DNA from: Myxococcales bacterium
GTDB lineage: Bacteria; Myxococcota_A; Polyangia; Polyangiales; Houyiibacteriaceae
DNA: 64,000 nucleotides
Reading direction: 5' to 3'
Assembly (NCBI GenBank): GCA_020430775.1
Contig: JAGQJE010000169.1
Span: forward strand, 2,343 to 66,342
Positions 39,321 through 52,625 of the stretch are shown here, piece after piece. Numbering within the stretch: the stretch's first letter is position 1; each line of letters opens with the position of its first letter. The position numbers and the translations under genes are program-made. Below the pieces are notes generated by a model. It was not told the origin of the DNA and ran no database searches. It worked only from the letters and a program-made list of their open reading frames with translations.

Positions 39321-39713
39321 TCAACGCAAGATGGAGCGGTGGCGGAGGTAGATCGGGGGGCCGCTCGCGCTCGGCGGCCCACGCGCCGTGCGCACGTGCA
39401 TGACGCGCGGCCGCGGTGGCGGCGAGGGCATGACGAACGCGAGGGGGAGCGCGACCGCGCTCGGCGCGAGGTGCGAGTCCGTCGGTGGGGCGGTCGCGGG
39501 GGACGCACCCATGACGGGGATCGCGCTGCAGCACTGCCGGCGGATGGTCTCCACGCGGGGTTCGGCGTGCCTCTCGTGCTTGCAGCAGCACGCGCGCGTC
39601 AGACGCCCCTCGTGCATGTCGCAGGCGTAGCGGAGCTGCGCGACCGCCCCTGACGAGACGAGCGCGGAGAACGCGAGCAGCGCTGCGGCGAAACGGGCCG
39701 TCACGACTGTCAA
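39321..39713 (-). CDS. small secreted Cys/His/Met-rich protein, function unknown (metal-binding candidate)
   Basis: Start is TTG 39713 or GTG 39704, downstream of aaggggag. The signal-like segment is TARFAAALLAFSALVSSGAVAQ. It is followed by LRYACDMHEGRLTRACCCKHERHAE...RRQCCSAIPV and a Pro-rich tail. GC3 is very high in this frame. Confidence 0.5.
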   Translation of the reverse strand: MTVVTARFAAALLAFSALVSSGAVAQLRYACDMHEGRLTRACCCKHERHAEPRVETIRRQCCSAIPVMGASPATAPPTDSHLAPSAVALPLAFVMPSPPPRPRVMHVRTARGPPSASGPPIYLRHRSILR

Positions 39714-39750
39714 TATGCGGACAGGCTCCCCTTGCGGCAAGCAGAAAAGG

Positions 39751-39771
39751 TACCTATACCCCCTATAGGTA
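39751..39771. promoter_or_regulatory. CsoR-type operator candidate
   Basis: TACCTATA-CCCCC-TATAGGTA is a perfect 8-bp inverted repeat around a C5 core. It ends 5 nt before the csoR ATG. It lies in the ~63-bp spacer between divergent transcription units. Confidence 0.55.
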
Positions 39772-39776
39772 TCGAA

Positions 39777-40049
39777 ATGATGAGCTCCGAAGAGAAGCGC
39801 AAGCTCGCCGCCCGGCTCCAGCGGGTCGCCGGCCAGGTCGGCGGAATCCAGCGCATGGTCGACGAGGATCGCTACTGCATCGACGTCTTGATGCAGATCG
39901 CGGCGGCGCGCGCTGCGCTCGCGAGGGCTGGAGAGATCCTCCTCGAGTCGCACGTCAACACCTGCGTCGTCCACGCGCTCGACTCCGGCGACCCTACCGA
40001 GCGCCGAGAGAAGCTCGACGAGCTGATGCGCGTCTTCCGTCGCTTCTGA
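39777..40049 (+). CDS. csoR: copper-sensing repressor, CsoR family
   Basis: 90 aa. RLQRVAGQVGGIQRMVDEDRYCIDVLMQIAA...LLESHVNTCV carries the C-H-C Cu(I) ligand pattern. Confidence 0.85.
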   Translation: MMSSEEKRKLAARLQRVAGQVGGIQRMVDEDRYCIDVLMQIAAARAALARAGEILLESHVNTCVVHALDSGDPTERREKLDELMRVFRRF

Positions 40050-40115
40050 CGGCGCTGCTTCGGCATCAAAGACTCGCGCGTCCAGTGTACGCGTAGCCAA
40101 CGACAGGAGAACTCC

Positions 40116-42437
40116 GTGTCCGAACCATCGAAGAGTTGCCATCACGCGGCGTCAGACGAAGCCGCGACCGATGCGCCGCGCTATGCGCCCGGTGAGTACA
40201 CCTGCCCGATGCACCCGGAGGTCGTGAACGACGGCCCCGGCTCGTGCCCGAAGTGCGGGATGGCGCTCGAGTCCGCCGGACCCCCGGCGATGACGCGCAC
40301 AGAATACACCTGCCCGATGCACCCGGAGGTCGTCCAGGACGGCCCCGGATCGTGCCCGAAGTGCGGGATGGCGCTCGAGCCGCGGACGGTCAGCCTCGAA
40401 GACGAGGAGGACCCAGAGCTGCGCTCGATGTCGCGGCGGCTGTGGTTCTCGGTCGCGTTCGCCGTGCCGCTGCTCATCGTCTCGATGGGCGACATGCTCC
40501 CAGGGCAGCCCATCTCCTCGCTGATCACGCCGCAGGGCCGCGTTTGGCTCGAGCTCGTCCTCGCGACGCCGGTCTGCACGTGGGCCGCCTGGCCGTTTTA
40601 TGTCCGAGGGGTGCAGTCCGTAAAGCACCTGAGCCCCAACATGTTCACGCTGATCGCGCTCGGCGTGACCGTCTCCTACGTGTACAGCGTGGTGGCGACG
40701 ATCGCGCCCAGCATTTTCCCCGACACGTTCCGAGACGCGACCGGCCAGGTCGGCGTCTACTTCGAGGCCGCCGCGGTCATCACGGCGCTCGTCCTGCTCG
40801 GCCAGGTGCTCGAGCTTCGCGCCCGCGGTCGCACCGGCGCAGCGCTCAGGTCCCTGCTCGGCCTCGCCGCGAAGAGCGCGCGGCGGATCAGCGAGGACGG
40901 CACCGAGCACGACGTCCCGCTCGACGAGGTGCAGGTCGGCGACCGGCTCCGCGTGCGCCCCGGCGAGAAGATCCCGGTGGACGGGGTCGTGCTCGAGGGC
41001 AGCAGCGCCGTCGACGAGTCGATGGTCACGGGTGAGCCCGTCCCGGTTCAGAAGGGTGAGGGCGATCAGGTCATCGGCGCGACGATCAACGGTGTCGGGG
41101 GGCTCGTGATGCGCGCGGACAAGGTCGGCGGCGAGATGCTCCTGTCGCGGATCGTCACGATGGTGGCCGAGGCGCAGCGCAGCCGCGCGCCCGTCCAGCG
41201 CGTCGTCGACATCGTCGCGAAGTACTTCGTTCTCGGCGTCCTCGCGGTCGCGGTGGTGACGTTCATCGTCTGGTCGACCGTCGGCCCAGATCCGCGGATG
41301 GCGCACGCGCTGGTCGCTGCGGTCGCTGTGCTGATGATCGCTTGCCCGTGTGCACTCGGCCTCGCGACGCCGGTGTCGATCATGGTCTCGACCGGCAAGG
41401 GCGCCGGCCTCGGCGTGCTCTTCAAGAACGCCGAGGCCATCGAGGTGCTCCGCGACGTCGACACGCTGGTCGTCGACAAGACCGGCACCTTGACCGAGGG
41501 CAAACCGAAGCTCGTGACCGTCCGTGGCCTCGGTGAAGGCAGCGCCGACGGCGAGGAGGACGCGCATCTGCTCCGGCTCGCCGCGAGCCTCGAGCGCGCG
41601 AGCGAGCACCCGCTGGCCGCGGCGATCGTCGACGGCGCCGAGGCGCGTGGCGTGACGCTCGTCGAGCCGGAGGGTTTCGACTCCGTGACCGGCAAGGGCG
41701 TCCGCGGACAGGTGGACGGCAAGCGCGTCGCGCTCGGCAACGCGGCCATGATGGCCGAGGAGGGCGTGGCCGACGACGCGATCGCGCAGGCCGAGCGACA
41801 GGCCGAGAGCCTCCGAGCCGAGGCGCAGACGGTGATGCTCGTCGCGATCGACGGCGCGCTCACGGGGTTGCTCGGCGTCGCGGACCCGATCAAGGAGACC
41901 ACCGCCGAGGCGATCGACGCGCTGCACGCAGACGGCCTGCGCATCGTCATGCTCACAGGTGACAGCGAGGCGACGGCGCGTGCGATCGCCAAGGAGCTTG
42001 GCATCGACGAGGTGATCGCAGGCGTGCTGCCGGACGAGAAGGCTGCGAAGATCAAGGCGCTTCAGGGCGAGGGCCGGGTGGTCGCGATGGCGGGTGACGG
42101 CATCAACGACGCGCCCGCGCTCGCGCAGGCCCAGGTGGGCATGGCGATGGGGACCGGCGCCGATATCGCGATGGAGACCGCGTCGGTCACGCTCGTCAAG
42201 GGCGACCTCCGCGCCATCGTCCGCGCGATCCGGCTGTCGCACGCGACGATGCGAAACATCAAGCAAAACCTCTTCTTCGCGTTCGTCTACAACGGCCTGG
42301 GCATTCCGGTCGCGGCCGGCGTGCTCTATCCGGTCTTCGGGCTCTTGCTGAGCCCCATGATCGCGGCTGCCGCCATGACCTTCAGCTCGGTGAGCGTCAT
42401 CACGAACGCGCTGCGCCTACACAAGATGGAGCTCTGA
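40116..42437 (+). CDS. copA: copper-translocating P1B-type ATPase
   Basis: Motifs are CPC ([13 protein letters not shown]), [15 protein letters not shown] and MLTGD. The N-terminus carries two [22 protein letters not shown] modules instead of MxCxxC ferredoxin-fold domains. Confidence 0.9.
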   Translation: MSEPSKSCHHAASDEAATDAPRYAPGEYTCPMHPEVVNDGPGSCPKCGMALESAGPPAMTRTEYTCPMHPEVVQDGPGSCPKCGMALEPRTVSLEDEEDPELRSMSRRLWFSVAFAVPLLIVSMGDMLPGQPISSLITPQGRVWLELVLATPVCTWAAWPFYVRGVQSVKHLSPNMFTLIALGVTVSYVYSVVATIAPSIFPDTFRDATGQVGVYFEAAAVITALVLLGQVLELRARGRTGAALRSLLGLAAKSARRISEDGTEHDVPLDEVQVGDRLRVRPGEKIPVDGVVLEGSSAVDESMVTGEPVPVQKGEGDQVIGATINGVGGLVMRADKVGGEMLLSRIVTMVAEAQRSRAPVQRVVDIVAKYFVLGVLAVAVVTFIVWSTVGPDPRMAHALVAAVAVLMIACPCALGLATPVSIMVSTGKGAGLGVLFKNAEAIEVLRDVDTLVVDKTGTLTEGKPKLVTVRGLGEGSADGEEDAHLLRLAASLERASEHPLAAAIVDGAEARGVTLVEPEGFDSVTGKGVRGQVDGKRVALGNAAMMAEEGVADDAIAQAERQAESLRAEAQTVMLVAIDGALTGLLGVADPIKETTAEAIDALHADGLRIVMLTGDSEATARAIAKELGIDEVIAGVLPDEKAAKIKALQGEGRVVAMAGDGINDAPALAQAQVGMAMGTGADIAMETASVTLVKGDLRAIVRAIRLSHATMRNIKQNLFFAFVYNGLGIPVAAGVLYPVFGLLLSPMIAAAAMTFSSVSVITNALRLHKMEL

Positions 42438-42457
42438 GGCTCAGCGTCGGCGTCGGG

Positions 42458-43536
42458 TCAGAGGCCGATGCCGACTGTGCAGCGCGCGTTGCCGGAGACC
42501 GTCTCGACGAGCTGGATGCCGCCGGCGCGCTGCCAGTAGGGCACGTGGACGCTCAGCGAGCACGACAGACGTCTCGCGAACAGGGTGCTGAGCCCAGCCG
42601 CGGCACCGAGCTCGACGCGGGAGCCCGCGCGCTCGTGGGTCGTCTCATCCGTCACGGGCGAGACGACCGGGATGCGGTCCCGCGCGTGCCACCGTGCGTC
42701 GGCGCTCACCGTCGCCCAGACCGCGTCGTGGACGAGCTCGAGCGTGGCGCCCACGCTTCCGGTGAGGTCGGTGCCCCACCGGATGTCGTCGGACGTCGTG
42801 CTGACCGGAGAGCTCGCGTCGAGCCCGGCGCTCAGGCGCACTCGGGGGTGCGCGCGCCACCACGCGTCCGCGCCGTAGGCGATCGCCCACACCCCCGCGC
42901 CGAGGCTGGTCTGCGAGTTGAATGTGTGCGGCATGAGCGAGCCGCCTGGGCCGGGGTGCACGTCCGTCACGGAAAGATCCCCCGCCGGCCGGTAGCGTCC
43001 CGTGGGCGCGGTGAGCCCGGCGCGCAGCGCGAGCCCGAACGCGCGCTCGTGGTGATGCGCGTGGTGGGAGGTGCCATGTGCGTGCGGATGCCGAGCGTGA
43101 CCGTGCGCGCCCCCGCCGCCCCACAGGCGACCGAGGTCTTGCGACACGAACGCGCTCAGGTCGCCGAGCCCGCCCGACGTGCTCGTCGCGCCACCGGGGG
43201 GATAGGTCCGGACGGTCCCTACCGGGAGCGCCACGCCGACGGTCGTGCCATGCCGGAGCGCGAGCCGAGCGCTCGGCGTGACGAGGTGGACGAGCACCTT
43301 GCCGAGCCCGTCCCCGCCGACCGACGAGTGACCTTCGAGCGTGCGCCCGAAGTAGTTGACGGAGTACGACACACCCAGATCGAGGCGCGGCGGCGGCACC
43401 GACGCGCTCGCGGGGGTCCACGCCATCGAAGCGCCACCGCCGACGCGCGCGACGGAGCTCCCGTGATGGGCGAGGGCCGGCGCGGCGGTTGAGCAGGCGG
43501 CGGCGCAGGCGAGCGCGACGGTGAGCAGGTCGAGCC

Positions 43537-43540
<4 letters not shown>
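42458..43540 (-). CDS. hypothetical secreted protein, outer-membrane beta-barrel-like, with a His-rich loop
   Basis: GTG at 43540 overlaps the mbnH stop (GTGA). The signal peptide ends ALA, followed by HHGSS. A loop reads GGGGAHGHARHPHAHGTSHHAHHHE (nt 43046..43120). Alternating hydrophobic strands run throughout. Confidence 0.55.
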
Positions 43541-44687
<1,147 letters not shown>

Positions 44688-44691
<4 letters not shown>

Positions 44692-45560
44692 CGAGCCCGC
44701 GAAGCTACGGTGAAGACCGTCTGGCCGGTGCACCCCTCGACGCACGCGCCGGTCTCGAAGCTCAGGCCGATCGCGCTGAAGGGCGCGCTGCAGTCGTCGG
44801 CCTCGGTGAGGCCGGTCATGCAGCCCGGCGGTGTGTCGGCCACGTTCGTCGAGATGTTGGCGCCGGCGATGAGCGCGCCGAGGTCGACGGCGACCACGTC
44901 CGCGTCGGGGTGGAAGTCGTCGAGCTCGATGGTCGCGCGGTTTGGGCGGCCGCACTCGGCGTCCGGCGGGACGGGCGGCCCCGACGAGGCGCACGCCGTC
45001 GAGCCGATGTGGAGCTTCCACTCCGGCACGGCGCCGTCGTCCACCGCCCAGTCGACGCTCAGGAACTGCCGCCCGTTGTTCCAGGTCCAGAACATCGTCG
45101 GCTCGTCGAGCGGCGCGGAGGCGCTCGCGGTGTCGCCGTGGTTCAGGGCGAAGGGCACGCCGAGGGTGAAGCGCAGGGCGTCGTAGGTGCCCGCGGGGAG
45201 CGTGCCCGTGATCTGGTCGTTCGTGCCGGGCGTCCCCGTGTCGGCGCACTTCGCGCTCGCGTCGTCGAAGTCGAGCAGCGTCACGCCCTCGCCCTGCCAG
45301 CGGGTGCCCTCGTCGAGCGTGAGCGGGACCCAGGTGCCGCCGGCGTCTCGCAGCTCGACGTTCGACACGTACATGCGGGCGCTGGCGAGCTGCGCGCTGG
45401 AGCCGGCCGTCCCGAGGTCGGTGTAGGTCGTCCCGCACCGTGCGGGTGCGCCGTCCACGTTCGCCGCAAACTTGAGGGCGACCGCCTGGGTCGCGTCGCT
45501 TCCCCCGCAACCGATCGACGCGCCTGCTAGCGCGAGCAGGCACACAGTGGTGATGCGCAT
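44688..45560 (-). CDS. mbnP: MbnP-family periplasmic copper-binding protein (four-Cys partner of MbnH)
   Basis: ATG at 45560 follows gggag. The lipobox is LALAGASIGCGG. It has TMFWTWNNGRQFLSVDW and several conserved-looking Cys pairs. It sits immediately upstream of the di-heme partner. The family assignment is from memory of the paired TIGRFAM families. Confidence 0.65.
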
Positions 45561-45695
45561 GACAGCTCCCAACGTCTCCGAGGTCCGGGTCGACGATGCG
45601 GGCCGACCGTGGGCGTCACAACGTGGCGATTTGTCGCACACTCGTCGCGGCGGACGGCGCCGCCCCATCGCTCGGCCTGCTGGTATCGTGCCGCG

Positions 45696-46832
45696 ATGAC
45701 GTACCTCTTCGAGACCGACGAGCACCAGACGCTGCGCGCGCAGGCGCGGCGTTTCGCCGAGGCGGAGATCGCGCCGCACGCGCATGCGTGGGACGAGGCG
45801 GGTCTCTTCCCGCGGGCGCTCTACGGAGCGATGGCTGGGGCCGGCTTGCTGGCGCTCGGCTACCCCGAGAGCGTCGGTGGCGCGGGGGACATCGGACACA
45901 TGCTCGTCGCGGCCGAGGAGCTGCTGCTCGCGGGCAAGTCCGTGGGCACCTGCGTCGGGCTAGGCAGCCACGCCATCGCGCTGCCGCCCATCATCAAGCT
46001 CGGCACCGATGCGCAGCGAGAGCGCTTCGTCCGGCCGGTGCTGCGGGGGGAGAAGATCGCCGCGCTCGCGATCACCGAGCCAGGGGCTGGCAGCGACGTC
46101 GCGGGCGTCGCGACCCGGGCCGTGCGCGAAGGCGACCGCTACGTCGTCGACGGCGCCAAGACCTTCATCACGTCGGGATATCGGGCAGACATCGTCACCA
46201 CGGTCGTGCGCACGGGCGAAGGCCACGGCGGGCTCACGCTGCTGGTCGTCGAGCGTGGGACCCCGGGCTTCGAGGCGACCCGCAAGCTCGACAAGATGGG
46301 CTGGTGGGCGAGCGACACGGCGGAGCTCTCGTTCGACGCGTGTCGTGTGCCTGTCGAGAACCGCGTCGGAGCCGAAGGCGCGGGCTTCGTCGCGATCATG
46401 ATGAACTTCGTCACGGAGCGTCTCATGCTCGCCGGGCAGTGCGTCGCTACCGCCGAGCTCGCACACCGGGAATCGGTTGCCTACGCGAAGGAACGTCGGG
46501 CGTTCGGCAAGACGCTGAGCGGCTTTCAGGTCACCCGGCACAAGCTCGCGGACATGTCGTGCCGCATCGCGGCCGCCCGCGCGCTGGTCGGTGAAGGCGT
46601 CATGCGCTTCCTGCGCGGCGACGCCTCTCCCGCGCTCGCGGCCAAGGTGAAGAACACCGCGACCGACATGTGCACCTACGTGTGCGACCAAGCCGTGCAA
46701 ATCCACGGCGGCTACGGGTACATGCGCGAGTACGTCGTCGAGCGGCTCTACCGCGACGCGCGCCTCTACCCGATCGGCGGCGGGACCCGCGAGATCATGC
46801 TCGAGCTCATCGCCAAGGCCGAGGGCTACTGA
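45696..46832 (+). CDS. acyl-CoA dehydrogenase
   Basis: 378 aa. Motifs are AITEPGAGSDVAG, TFITSG, QIHGGYGYMREYVVERLYRDARLYPIGGGTREI. Confidence 0.9.
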   Translation: MTYLFETDEHQTLRAQARRFAEAEIAPHAHAWDEAGLFPRALYGAMAGAGLLALGYPESVGGAGDIGHMLVAAEELLLAGKSVGTCVGLGSHAIALPPIIKLGTDAQRERFVRPVLRGEKIAALAITEPGAGSDVAGVATRAVREGDRYVVDGAKTFITSGYRADIVTTVVRTGEGHGGLTLLVVERGTPGFEATRKLDKMGWWASDTAELSFDACRVPVENRVGAEGAGFVAIMMNFVTERLMLAGQCVATAELAHRESVAYAKERRAFGKTLSGFQVTRHKLADMSCRIAAARALVGEGVMRFLRGDASPALAAKVKNTATDMCTYVCDQAVQIHGGYGYMREYVVERLYRDARLYPIGGGTREIMLELIAKAEGY

Positions 46833-46963
46833 CGCGTGACGCCGCCGGGGCCGGCACGCGATCGGGCGCAGGTTCGGCCACGGCCTCGGTCTCGCGCTCG
46901 CGCAAGGCTTGACACCTTCGGCGCGATCGGACACCCCCACCGTCCCTCTCCAAGGAGTCTGTG

Positions 46964-47755
46964 ATGATCCGTACGCTTCGTGCCCCGACGCTCGTCTTGC
47001 TGGCGTGCGCGCAGCTCATGCTGCTGCCCGGCTGCGCGACCCTCAACTCGGTGCTCGGCGGCAGCGGCGCGAAGAAGCCCATCACGCCGCACATCGAGGT
47101 GGTCAGCACGGAGCTGTCGCACCACCCGAACGCGAAGCAGCTCGCCGCGTACTACTGCACCGACTACCTCGGGCCGCTCATCTGCCGGCTCTTCGGGCGG
47201 TCGGACCCGTCGCAGATGGCGTTCCAGTTCGACCTCACGCTCGAGCTGACGAACAAGAACCCCGTCCCGCTGCCGGTCGTCTCCGCGCTCGTGGCCTTCA
47301 AGGCGTTCCCGCAGAGCGACTCGAACCAGAACCTCGGCAGCGTGTGCATGTCGTTCTGCGAGGACCCCGAGCACTGCGCGCAGGACGCGAACGCCTGCGA
47401 GAGCAACGAGCCCGAGATCCGCGACGCGCGCTCGTTCGCGACCGCCGCCGCCGGCTTCCTCGTCTCGACCGCGCTCGGCGAGCGCGACTTCAAAGACCTG
47501 CGCGTCAAGACGGTCCCCGCGAACGGCGCGCTCCGCATGGTGATCCGGCTGTCGATCGACCCGACGCAGATGCTCACGCTGATGCGCCACCTCGGCCGTG
47601 ACATCCGCGACGACCTGCGCTCGGGGCAGGTTCCGGTCTTCGCCATCCCCTTCCAGATCGAAGGCACCGCGTGGTTCTCGGTGCAGTCCTTCGGCCGGTT
47701 CGCCGCGGGGTTCGGTCCCGTGAGCGGCGAGTGGAAGATCGGCCAGAAGAGCTGA
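46964..47755 (+). CDS. lipoprotein, function unknown
   Basis: aaggag lies 6 nt upstream of ATG 46964. The signal and lipobox are LVLLACAQLMLLPGC. No catalytic motif recognised. Confidence 0.6.
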   Translation: MIRTLRAPTLVLLACAQLMLLPGCATLNSVLGGSGAKKPITPHIEVVSTELSHHPNAKQLAAYYCTDYLGPLICRLFGRSDPSQMAFQFDLTLELTNKNPVPLPVVSALVAFKAFPQSDSNQNLGSVCMSFCEDPEHCAQDANACESNEPEIRDARSFATAAAGFLVSTALGERDFKDLRVKTVPANGALRMVIRLSIDPTQMLTLMRHLGRDIRDDLRSGQVPVFAIPFQIEGTAWFSVQSFGRFAAGFGPVSGEWKIGQKS

Positions 47756-47900
47756 GCGCGCGCCGGTCCCGCGCCCTCGTCGCGGACGCCGCTTGTGGTG
47801 CGCCGGGGGGCTGCGATGTAGGATCCCTACCGAGCGCTTCACCGAACTTTGACCGGCCTCTCGCTGCGGTGCAGGGGCAGAACCGAGCAGCGGAGGATTC

Positions 47901-48596
47901 ATGTCCAGCTCCGAGGCGTCGAGCAAGCTAGCCGATCGCGCCGTGCGCAAGTGGGCCCTGCAGCAGAAGCTGCAAGAACAGGCCACCAAGAAGACCGCGG
48001 TCTCTCGGCCGATCATCACCATCGCGCGTGACTTCGGCGCGAGGGGCTCCGCGCTCGGCGAGCTGGTCGCGGAGCGGCTCGGGTTCGAGCACTGGGACAA
48101 GGAGCTCGTCGACGAGCTGGTCAAGGAGATGGGCGTCCCGGAGTCGGTCATCGCCCAGATGGACGAGCAGGCCTACACCCGCCTCGATCTGACGCTGACC
48201 GAGGTCTTGGTCGGCTCCTCGAAGGCGCAGAGCGGCTACCTCAACAGTCTGCGGGAGGCGTTTCGCAAGATCGACGAGCAGGGCGCGGCGGTCATCGTCG
48301 GCCGAGGCGCCCACTACGTCGTGCCTCACGAGCACTGCCTGCGCGTGCGGGTCGTCTCGCCGCTGCCGGTGCGCGTGCGCGCCTACGCAATGCGCGAGGG
48401 GCTCTCGGAGCGGGACGCCGAGCGCAAGATCCGCGCGCTGGACGACGCGCGCCGCGACTTCGTGTGGCGCGCCTTCCGCATGGACGTCACCGACTCGCAC
48501 CACTACGACCTGGTCATCAACACCGGCGTCTTGCGCGCGGAGGCGGCGCTCGAGCTGATCATCGCGGCGTACCACCACCGCTTCGAAGTCCCCTGA
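47901..48596 (+). CDS. cytidylate-kinase-like family protein
   Basis: ggagga RBS. PIITIARDFGARGSALGELVAERLGF resembles the ITISRxxGSGG P-loop variant of this family. Confidence 0.65.
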   Translation: MSSSEASSKLADRAVRKWALQQKLQEQATKKTAVSRPIITIARDFGARGSALGELVAERLGFEHWDKELVDELVKEMGVPESVIAQMDEQAYTRLDLTLTEVLVGSSKAQSGYLNSLREAFRKIDEQGAAVIVGRGAHYVVPHEHCLRVRVVSPLPVRVRAYAMREGLSERDAERKIRALDDARRDFVWRAFRMDVTDSHHYDLVINTGVLRAEAALELIIAAYHHRFEVP

Positions 48597-50812
<2,216 letters not shown>

Positions 50813-50816
50813 CCGC

Positions 50817-51296
50817 TCAGTCCTCGGCCTCGCCCTCGCGCAGCGTGATCCCGTGGCGCCGCAGCGTCCGCACGCAGCTATTCCAGCGGAGCAGGCAGTC
50901 GTCGTTGCCGGACGGACGCAGCGCCTCGGCCCGCTCGAAGCACGCGAGCGCCTCGGCGAACGCGCGGGCGACGTGCCGGTCCGCTGCGCCGCGCGCGAGC
51001 TGCATCCGGGCCTCGCGCTCGGCGATGAGCCCGCCGAAATAGGCCACGTCGTAGGGGTCGTCGAGCTTGGCGAGCACCGCTCGCGCATCGCGCAGCTTGT
51101 TCGCGGAGGACGCCTGGTCGGTCAGCGTCAAGAGCAAGAGCACCTTCGCCCTGCGGTTGGCAGGGTCGGCGTCGAGCACGTCGAGGCAGATGCTCTCGGC
51201 CGGCTCCGGATCGTTGAGCAGGCGGTAGTGCGCGGCCTTGTCGAGCGCGCGGTCGAGGCCCTCTGCCGACAGCGATTTGAGCGCGAGTTCAACCAT
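50817..51296 (-). CDS. hypothetical helical protein
   Basis: ATG at 51296. The 159-aa product starts MVELALKSLSAEGLDRALDKAAHYRLLNDP... GC3 bias is good. No family recognised. Confidence 0.55.
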   Translation of the reverse strand: MVELALKSLSAEGLDRALDKAAHYRLLNDPEPAESICLDVLDADPANRRAKVLLLLTLTDQASSANKLRDARAVLAKLDDPYDVAYFGGLIAEREARMQLARGAADRHVARAFAEALACFERAEALRPSGNDDCLLRWNSCVRTLRRHGITLREGEAED

Positions 51297-51416
51297 GGGA
51301 AGCCGTGTGGTGTGGTGGAGCGTGGGGCGCGCGTGACTCGCCCGCCCCGGCCCATCATCACAACAATCGTCGCCGCGCGCCACCGGGCGCTGACGACCCC
51401 ATCGGCGGGCGGGCGC

Positions 51417-52610
51417 TCAGGCCAGCGCGCGCTCGAGGCGTCCGAGCGCCTCGTCGATGGCGTCGAGCGAAGTGGCGTAGCTGAAGCGCAGGAATCCCTC
51501 GGCGGCCTCGCCGAAGTCCCGCCCCGGACCGAGCGCCACGTGGGCGCGGTCGAGCAGGTCGAACGCGAGGGACAGCGAGGCGGAGTCCGTCGAGGGATCC
51601 GGGCGGCGGCCGGCGCCGAGGTGTCGCGCGTCGGCGAGGACGTAGAACGCACCAGTGGGCGCCCGCGGGACCCCGAACCCGAGCGCGCGCACGCCCTCGA
51701 CGAGGCGCCGCCGGCGCTGGTCGTAGACCTCGCGCATGTGGTCGACGTGCGGCTGGCCGTGCTCGAGCGCGGCGACGCCGGCGCGCTGGACGAAGTGCGC
51801 CACGGAGATGAAGAGGTTCTGCTGGAGGCTCTGCAGCGCGCGCATCGCCGACTTCGGCGCGATGACGTACCCGAGCCGAAAGCCGGTCATGGCGTAGCGC
51901 TTCGAGAAGCCGTCGAGCACGAAGCAGTCGTCGAGCATGCCGAGCGGCGAGGTCACCTCGGAGCCTTCGAACACGAGCCCGTCGTAGATCTCGTCCGAGA
52001 GCAGCGGCACGCCGAGCGCGGCGAGCGCCTCGACGACCTCGCGCGGTTGCACCGTGCCGGTGGGGTTCGCCGGGGACGCGACGAGGATGGCCTTCGTGCG
52101 CTTCGTGATCGCGGCGCGCACGCGGTCGACGTCGAGGAGGAAGCCGTCCTCGGGGCGCGTCGGGACGAGCACCGACCGGCCACCGCAGACCGCCACCATG
52201 TTCGGGTAGCAAGGGTAGTGCGGCGTCGCCATGATGACCTCGTCGCCCGGATTCACGAGGACGCTGAGCGTCAGCAGGATCGCGGGCGACGTGCCGTTCG
52301 TGACGAGCACCTGGTCGGGGTCGACGCGGACGCCGCGCCGCCGGAGGCAGTCCGCTGCGATCGCCTCGCGAAGCTCGCGCAGCCCGCGGCTGTCGGTGTA
52401 GTGCGTCTCCCCGCACGCGAGGGACTGGGTGGCCGCCGCGATCGCCTCGGGCGGCGCGTCGAAGTCCGGCTCGCCGACACCGAGCTGGATGACGGGGCTG
52501 CCCTCCCGCGCCATCGCCATGCCGCGCTCCATCACCTCCATGGCGAGGAAGGGCGCGACCTCCCGCGCCCGCACGCTCAGGGCCATCGACATGGCCGCTG
52601 AGCCTGCCAT
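51417..52610 (-). CDS. class I/II PLP-dependent aminotransferase (aspartate-aminotransferase-like)
   Basis: Motifs are LGVGEPDFDAP, ANPTG and GFSKRYAMTGFRLGY (PLP lysine). The exact start is uncertain (several Met in the first 10 codons). Confidence 0.85.
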   Translation of the reverse strand: MAGSAAMSMALSVRAREVAPFLAMEVMERGMAMAREGSPVIQLGVGEPDFDAPPEAIAAATQSLACGETHYTDSRGLRELREAIAADCLRRRGVRVDPDQVLVTNGTSPAILLTLSVLVNPGDEVIMATPHYPCYPNMVAVCGGRSVLVPTRPEDGFLLDVDRVRAAITKRTKAILVASPANPTGTVQPREVVEALAALGVPLLSDEIYDGLVFEGSEVTSPLGMLDDCFVLDGFSKRYAMTGFRLGYVIAPKSAMRALQSLQQNLFISVAHFVQRAGVAALEHGQPHVDHMREVYDQRRRRLVEGVRALGFGVPRAPTGAFYVLADARHLGAGRRPDPSTDSASLSLAFDLLDRAHVALGPGRDFGEAAEGFLRFSYATSLDAIDEALGRLERALA

Positions 52611-52625
52611 CCGCCGCCGCCCGCT

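Noticed and set aside
39321-40145. Full-length 274-aa minus-strand ORF
   Set aside because: Its N-terminal two thirds are antisense to csoR and its operator. Only the last ~130 codons, which have their own RBS-like site and signal peptide, were kept as a candidate gene.
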